DNA from: a virus
Lineage: Duplodnaviria; Caudoviricetes
Virus record (IMG/VR): IMGVR_UViG_3300045284_000308
Location: 1-32,118 of that record
Strand: one strand, 5' to 3'
Length of the DNA stretch: 32,118 bases
Part shown: one piece after another, positions 27,681 to 32,118 of the stretch
Numbering within the stretch: position 1 is the stretch's first letter
Layout of the letters: each line of letters begins with the position of its first letter
The notes under the pieces: generated by a model
What the model saw: the letters and a program-made list of their open reading frames with translations, nothing else
Databases searched by the model: none
What the model was told of the DNA's origin: nothing
Program-made: the position numbers and the translations under genes

Positions 27681-28230
27681 TCAATTGCTGCGGCCAGAAG
27701 TAACGATCATCGCGCCTGCGCCCATCATGGCAATGCCGAGCACGAGCGCGACCATAGTCGGCAGCAGTGACGGTGGGTGGCGGCGGTCCATGGCGGCCGG
27801 CCCGATCTGGCCGTCGTCGATGGGGACATCGCGACGCAGAGGGCCGGTAGGTGCGACCACCGCCGCGTCCGATACTAGTCCTCGATAGAATTCCGTCCAG
27901 TCGCTCGCGGGCCAGCGTTCGCCGATCGTGATCAGCAACGCGCCCGCTTCGGCCTGGGCGGGCACTGGTGCGGCCGGCGGCCGAGTGGGGCGGGTTGTAG
28001 CCTGCGCTCGATCCGCCGCAGCCTGGCGCGCCTCTGCGGGCCAGTAGAGATCAGTCTTGGCCAGGCGTCGGCGGCCTGGGTACCAGCAGCGCCGCCCGTC
28101 CACCTCACGCCACGAATAGTATCCGGAGCCACTCTTGTGCGCTGCGCACTCGATCGCGGTAGCGGCGCGGGCGGGTTCGGCACCGGCGAGTGCGGCTAGG
28201 ACGGCGGCCAGGATTGCCGTTCTCGCTCCG
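27681..28230 (-). CDS. Exported protein with a C-terminal TM anchor; start codon unclear (possible pseudogene)
   Basis: Signal-like RTAILAAVLAALAGAEPARA, motif C...YYSWREVDGRRCWY.G...L.W, Pro/Ala linker and C-terminal TM. The ORF-track extension to 28469 crosses attP and is probably not coding. Confidence 0.55.
27694..27731. repeat. 38-bp direct repeat, copy 2
   Basis: ccagaagtaacgatcatcgcgcctgcgcccatcatggc. Confidence 0.9.
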
Positions 28231-28248
28231 TTTCTGATCCCGAATTCC

Positions 28249-28504
28249 TGGGGCGGTTTCTGGGGCGGTTTCTGCGGCCGTTGGGGCGGTTTTAATGTTT
28301 TGTTCGGGGTTTTACCCCATGTGGCGTTTTCGCCCCACTGGCCGTAAACCCTTTGATTTGTTAGGTGATTTTTGGTCGGAGCGGCGAGATTTGAACTCGC
28401 GACCCCCAGTCCCCCAGGCTTGCGCGCCGGAACCAAATCAGCACGACGGCGCAAAGGGTTAGGTCTCATCGGTCAAATCCGTGGGGCGGTTTCTGGGGCG
28501 GTTT
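28249..28504. repeat. Probable integrase arm-type sites: TGGGGCGGTTT direct repeats flanking the att core
   Basis: Perfect copies at 28249, 28261 and 28282 (left) and at 28482 and 28494 (right), with a degenerate copy at 28273. Confidence 0.75.
28373..28417 (-). mobile_element. attP: attP core: 3' half of tRNA-Pro(GGG), from the anticodon loop to CCA
   Basis: The minus strand reads CTGGGGG-ACTGG-GGGTC-GCGAG-TTCAAAT-CTCGC-CGCTCCG-ACCA. There is no tRNA 5' half upstream, and a tyrosine integrase lies about 1 kb away. Confidence 0.88.
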
Positions 28505-28546
28505 TGGTCAGAGCAATTACCATTTGGCTTCTTCAAATGGGTGGGG

Positions 28547-28885
28547 TCAAAAGATTCCTCCGCGCTCGCTGGCCTTTTTGGCCGCGGTCTCACCAAGGAT
28601 AAATTCCACATCGATGACATCGCCGTCCCTTAGCTCGTGCCAGTGCTCTTGGATGTAGTTGTGGGCGACACGGTGCGTGCGCGGGTTTGCCGGCCAGTCA
28701 TAGCAATCGTAGGCAACGCCCCGGCACTGCGCTTTGATGTAGATGATGCAGGACTCGCTTGGATCGCCTCGGTAACCGTCGCGTCTGAGCAGATAGCGCT
28801 GCTCCTCGTTCACCGGCACCGGCCGAATGCATATCACCGGAACGAACGTGCCGCTGTCGCGAACCTCCAGACATTTTGTTTCCAT
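28547..28885 (-). CDS. Hypothetical phage protein (112 aa)
   Basis: RBS GAAGGA supplied by the upstream repeat. Globular composition with EVRD.GTF.PV, LLRRDGY and DGDVIDVEFILGE. Confidence 0.75.
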   Translation of the reverse strand: METKCLEVRDSGTFVPVICIRPVPVNEEQRYLLRRDGYRGDPSESCIIYIKAQCRGVAYDCYDWPANPRTHRVAHNYIQEHWHELRDGDVIDVEFILGETAAKKASERGGIF

Positions 28886-29116
28886 TTATCCCACATCCTT
28901 CAATTTGGCTTTGGGAGGTTGGGGCGGTTTGCGCTTGTCCCTGCGTTCGATTTCAATGAGCTGCCGAATACGCTGAAGAATGTTTATTGAATGCGTGGGC
29001 CGACCTTCCACCTCACCACCAGCCGTGGTGACGATGGCAGCTATGGTGCCACGCAGCGCCTCATTTTCCTCAAATAGTCTGAGGGCTTCCATTCGCATTT
29101 CATGATCTGTGGTCAT
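28886..29116 (-). CDS. Hypothetical protein ending KAKLKDVG
   Basis: TGATG coupling, RBS GAAGGA and short coiled coils. Confidence 0.7.
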   Translation of the reverse strand: MTTDHEMRMEALRLFEENEALRGTIAAIVTTAGGEVEGRPTHSINILQRIRQLIEIERRDKRKPPQPPKAKLKDVG

Positions 29117-29382
29117 CACAGCACATCCTTCAATTTTGCTTTGGGCGCCTTGCGGCGTTCCTTTGCCAGCCGGTCGGCAATATTTTTCAAAACCGTTAGC
29201 AAGTCATCGTAAGCGAGGGCCTTCTCGATCAGATGTTCGACCTCGCGCGAGATCGTGCGACCGCTCTCCTTCATCGCCGCGAGTAGCCTCTCCTTGGTAT
29301 TGCCGCCGATGATGACGCCGATCTGGGTGCGCTCGCCTTTCGGCACTTTCTTGATAGGACGGCCGCCTTGGTGCTGTGCCAT
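29116..29382 (-). CDS. Arc/TraY-like ribbon-helix-helix DNA-binding protein ending KAKLKDVL
   Basis: GRP...RTQIGVII (strand), TKERLLAAMKESGRTISREVEHLIE (helix-G-R-helix). Confidence 0.75.
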   Translation of the reverse strand: MAQHQGGRPIKKVPKGERTQIGVIIGGNTKERLLAAMKESGRTISREVEHLIEKALAYDDLLTVLKNIADRLAKERRKAPKAKLKDVL

Positions 29383-30542
29383 CACCCCACATCCTTCAAT
29401 TTAGCCCTGGGCGCCTTGCGGCGTTCTTGCGCCAGCCGCTCGACCACGTCGGCGACCTCGTCGCCGAGGAGGTGCGCATAGGTGCGCAGCGTGATCGCGA
29501 TGTCGGAATGGTCGAGCGCCGCCGATACGACCTTGATGCCCGCGGCGCCCTCAACCGCGCGCAGTGCCTTACTGGCAAAGTCATGGCGCAGGTCGTGAAA
29601 GCGAAACCGGTTCTCGCCGGTCAGCAAGCCGGCTTCCGCGCGTATCGTATTCCAGACCCGCTTGAGCCCGTCCTTAGTGATCGGGTAACGCTCGCCCTTG
29701 ACGAAGACGTGGCGCTTGCCGCGGATCACCTTGTCGATCGTGCGCTCGGCCACGAACGTGAACACGCGGCTCGGATGATGCCCGCGCAACGGCCAGAGCA
29801 GCTCGCGGACTACGGGCGCGATCTTGATTGAGATCGGCTTGCCGCCGCCGGTGCCCTTGCCCTTGATCTCGATCACGCCGCGGTCCCAATGGACCTGGCT
29901 CCATTCGAGCGTGATGCAGTTGTCCTTGCGCTTGGCGACGGTGCGGGCGAACTCGATCAGCGGCCAATAATCCGGCCGGCATTTGGCGATCGCGGCGTCA
30001 AGGCGCTCGCTTTCGCTGGCGCTTAGTTCGCGCACGTGCTCGCGCGGCTCGTCGAGCCAGAGGTCTTTCCATCGCGGCTCGCATGGGAAGGTCGCGCCGC
30101 CTGTCTTGCAATACGTGAATAGCTTCTTGAGTTGTTCGATGGTGTCGTTGACGGTGTAGGCCGACACGCGCTGCGCGTTCTTGCCGTTGGCCGTCTGGGC
30201 GCGGCGCCAGCGCCGCAGCGCCAAGGTATCGTCGTGGGTGATCTCGCTCAAGGGTTTGAGCGGCCCAAAATGATGCAGCAAAAGCTTGACCAGCCGGTCG
30301 GTATTGTCGGCGCCGGCATGATGGTCGCCGACGTCGAGCATGTAGCGCGCGGCCACGTCGCCGAGCTGCAGCGAGGCCCCGGCTTGCGCCTCGGCCTTGA
30401 ACTGCGCAATCAGTCCGTCCCGATGCCGCTCAGCAGCTTTTTGCGCCTCGCGCTTATCTGTGATTCGCGAAGTAAAACTATATTTTTTCCCCTCGACCCA
30501 GATGTCCGCGCGGTAGTTTTTCCCGTTCTTGTAGACTCGCAA
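29382..30542 (-). CDS. int: Tyrosine recombinase / phage integrase
   Basis: Catalytic R (AKRKDN), K (IKGKG), FRFHDLRHDFAS and LDHSDIAITLRTYAH. The N-terminal beta-rich arm-binding-like domain starts at TTG. Confidence 0.95.
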   Translation of the reverse strand: MRVYKNGKNYRADIWVEGKKYSFTSRITDKREAQKAAERHRDGLIAQFKAEAQAGASLQLGDVAARYMLDVGDHHAGADNTDRLVKLLLHHFGPLKPLSEITHDDTLALRRWRRAQTANGKNAQRVSAYTVNDTIEQLKKLFTYCKTGGATFPCEPRWKDLWLDEPREHVRELSASESERLDAAIAKCRPDYWPLIEFARTVAKRKDNCITLEWSQVHWDRGVIEIKGKGTGGGKPISIKIAPVVRELLWPLRGHHPSRVFTFVAERTIDKVIRGKRHVFVKGERYPITKDGLKRVWNTIRAEAGLLTGENRFRFHDLRHDFASKALRAVEGAAGIKVVSAALDHSDIAITLRTYAHLLGDEVADVVERLAQERRKAPRAKLKDVG

Positions 30543-30727
30543 GTGCGCCTCCGTTTCCGCCGCTCGATAAAGGCATCCAGATCGGTCTGGTCGAACATCA
30601 TGCGCGGCCGTTTCTTGCCGCGGCCGGTGTTGACGAAAGTCAGTTCCCCGTCATGGACGAACCCCCAGACCTGGTCGACCGTACACCGCAATTGCATAGC
30701 GACTTCCTTCGGTCTTAACAGACTCAC
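30410..30727 (-). CDS. xis: Excisionase-like HTH protein
   Basis: RBS AGGAGG before GTG 30727. LLRPKEVA..L......V..GEL....G....R..FD..DLDAFIERR. Directly upstream of and overlapping int. Confidence 0.8.
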   Translation of the reverse strand: MSLLRPKEVAMQLRCTVDQVWGFVHDGELTFVNTGRGKKRPRMMFDQTDLDAFIERRKRRRTCESTRTGKTTARTSGSRGKNIVLLRESQISARRKKLLSGIGTD

Positions 30728-30745
30728 GACGCTACCTCCTTGCAT

Positions 30746-30865
30746 TGCCTTGCCTTGCCTCGCCCGGCCCAGCCACGCCTTGCCCTGCCTTGCCCGGCCG
30801 CGCCGTGCCGAGCCGCGCCAAGCCACGCCATGCCCAGCCTTGCCTTGCCTTGCCGAGCCTCGCCT
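30746..30865. repeat. Pentamer array (NGCCN)24
   Basis: 24 consecutive units with invariant GCC, variable 2-nt spacers and no indels. Confidence 0.95.
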
Positions 30866-30874
30866 ACTGAGAAC

Positions 30875-31396
30875 TCACGACGCAATCTCCACAGGTTTGG
30901 ATTTGTCCAAATAGCCGCCATGCAAGCGCGACACCGCATGCAGCCGGAAGCCTTGCTCGCGCAATTGCCCCTCAATGGCGGCGAAGTGCGCGCAGAACGG
31001 CGAGCGGCCGGCGTCAAGCATCGCAGCGAGTTTCCGCATGCCAGTGAACATCGTCGAGTGGTCGCGGTGATGTGCGCGTGCGATGCCGGCACACGACATC
31101 CAGACATACCGGGCGCATAATTTCATGCTGATCCAGCGCGCGATCGTGAGCCGTGTTCCCCGCACCGGGCTGATCAGCTCATCGACGCTGATCCCGAACC
31201 GCGCTGCGACCAATTGTTGGATTTCATAGATGCGTGGACGGCGCTTTTTGTTGTTGTGCGCAAAGAGCCCGCCAATCGGGGCGCATCGCTTCGGGCATTG
31301 CCCGTGGGCGTCCGCGACGCAATCGCCGCACCATAGGCCGCAGCGACAGTACTCGGTGTCAGTGGGATCGGTCGCCTTCCAGTAATCGTAGCCCAT
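30875..31396 (-). CDS. DnaA C-terminal-like HTH DNA-binding protein with a Cys-rich N-terminus
   Basis: IQQLVAARFGISVDELIS..R......AR.ISM.L......S...IAR..HRDHST......K. The N-terminus CRCGLWCGDC...C...C follows RBS GAGGA. Confidence 0.8.
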   Translation of the reverse strand: MGYDYWKATDPTDTEYCRCGLWCGDCVADAHGQCPKRCAPIGGLFAHNNKKRRPRIYEIQQLVAARFGISVDELISPVRGTRLTIARWISMKLCARYVWMSCAGIARAHHRDHSTMFTGMRKLAAMLDAGRSPFCAHFAAIEGQLREQGFRLHAVSRLHGGYLDKSKPVEIAS

Positions 31397-31411
31397 GGAT
31401 AATCTAATCCT

Positions 31412-31521
31412 CGCCTTGCCTAGCCTTGCCTAGCCTTGCCCAGCCCGGCCGCGCCTGGCCGCGCCCTGCCCCGCCTTGCCCTGCCGTGCCTTGCCGAGCC
31501 CCGCCGGGCCGCGCCTTGCCG
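31412..31521. repeat. Pentamer array (NGCCN)22
   Basis: 22 consecutive units with invariant GCC and no indels. Confidence 0.95.
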
Positions 31522-31525
31522 TGAA

Positions 31526-31566
31526 GAAAACCCGCCGAGCGATGCGGCCATGAACTCGGCGGGCTG
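31526..31566 (-). terminator. Probable intrinsic terminator downstream of the PEP-CTERM-like gene
   Basis: Stem CCCGCCGAG (31531-31539) / CTCGGCGGG (31556-31564), followed on the minus strand by TTTTCTT. The loop is long (16 nt). Confidence 0.55.
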
Positions 31567-31606
31567 TTTGCCGGCAGGCGGGGCAGGTGCCTACCGGCTC
31601 ACTTCG

Positions 31607-32118
31607 TTAGGTGTTGCGCCGCCGGCGCCGCCAGCCAAGGCCGAGCAGGCCAAAGCAGGCCGCGATCAGTCCGGGCAGTCCGGCGCCTGCGATGGGGCCG
31701 GGGACGGCGTTGACCGCGAACCCAAGCGCCTGGTTTGGCGCATTCACAGCGTCGGTCAGGACAGTGAGCGTGCAGGTCGGGCAATCGATCGATCCACCAG
31801 GTGCGCTGTCGGCGAGCTCGAGGTTCATGCGGTTGAGCAGCGCGGTGGGCAGATTAGCGAACACGATCGCCGCGCCATACTCCACGCGCCAGATGGCGAG
31901 CTGCGTTGCCGCGTCGTCCTGGTTGGCGTCGAGACCGCCCAGCGTCAGGCCGCGCAGCATCAGGCTAGCAATCTGCCGTAGCTGACCGCCATCAAAGCCG
32001 CCGGTAGGAAGTCCAGGAAAGGTCTGCCCAGCGCCGAGTTGATGCAATTGGAACGTGTAGGGTACAGTCAACAGATCATTCACGTCCAGGCACCAGACCA
32101 ATAGATCGGCGGTGGGAT
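31607..32118 (-). CDS. PEP-CTERM/VPLPA-like sorting-signal protein (5' truncated by the window edge)
   Basis: The C-terminus VPGPIAGAGLPGLIAACFGLLGLGWRRRRRNT is a signature, TM helix and Arg cluster. WCLD and QLAIW motifs are present. The frame is open to the window end. Confidence 0.75.
   Translation of the reverse strand, partial: PTADLLVWCLDVNDLLTVPYTFQLHQLGAGQTFPGLPTGGFDGGQLRQIASLMLRGLTLGGLDANQDDAATQLAIWRVEYGAAIVFANLPTALLNRMNLELADSAPGGSIDCPTCTLTVLTDAVNAPNQALGFAVNAVPGPIAGAGLPGLIAACFGLLGLGWRRRRRNT

Noticed and set aside
28373-28417. Complete tRNA-Pro gene
   Set aside because: The 5' half (acceptor 5' strand, D-arm, 5' anticodon stem) is absent, so it is called as the att core instead.
28547-30542. 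Classical integron
   Set aside because: There are no attC-like GTTRRRY palindromes, and the junction repeats are coding direct repeats. The integrase looks like a tRNA-targeting phage integrase.
30724-31120. ORFs translating the pentamer array (ARQGKARLG..., ALPCLA...)
   Set aside because: These low-complexity frames stay open because the repeat has few stop codons. The good RBSs lie downstream of the arrays.
30746-31521. CRISPR array or replication iterons
   Set aside because: The 5-nt period has no long repeats or unique spacers, and there is no cas or rep gene in the window.

Overview
This window is about 32 kb of a GC-rich temperate siphovirus-type phage with an HK97-like head module. 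The host is probably an alphaproteobacterium (Hyphomicrobiales-like); this is an inference from composition and gene content. The + strand (about 100-26200) carries the late operon in this order: small and large terminase, HNH nuclease, fused prohead protease-major capsid protein, portal, two collagen-repeat proteins, head-tail connectors, an HNH-AP2 endonuclease, tail terminator and tube, a tail chaperone with a -1 frameshift site, tape measure, tail-tip/fibre proteins and a lysis cassette with an amidase endolysin. The - strand (about 26250-32118) carries accessory genes, an intact attP (3' half of tRNA-Pro(GGG) flanked by arm-type repeats), three small genes, a tyrosine integrase, an excisionase, a DnaA-C-type HTH protein and a partial PEP-CTERM-like protein. 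Phage genes lie on both sides of the att core, so the sequence looks like the excised or virion form. Four signals are not explained by standard annotation: (1) two perfect NGCCN pentamer arrays (24 and 22 units), each directly upstream of a ribosome-binding site; (2) the integrase and the next two genes share the same 3' end, encoding AKLKDV plus the next gene's RBS; (3) a four-gene accessory cassette is bounded by a 38-bp duplicated gene end; (4) a switch-like structured element lies upstream of the capsid gene. All product calls come from motif recognition by eye; no database search was run.
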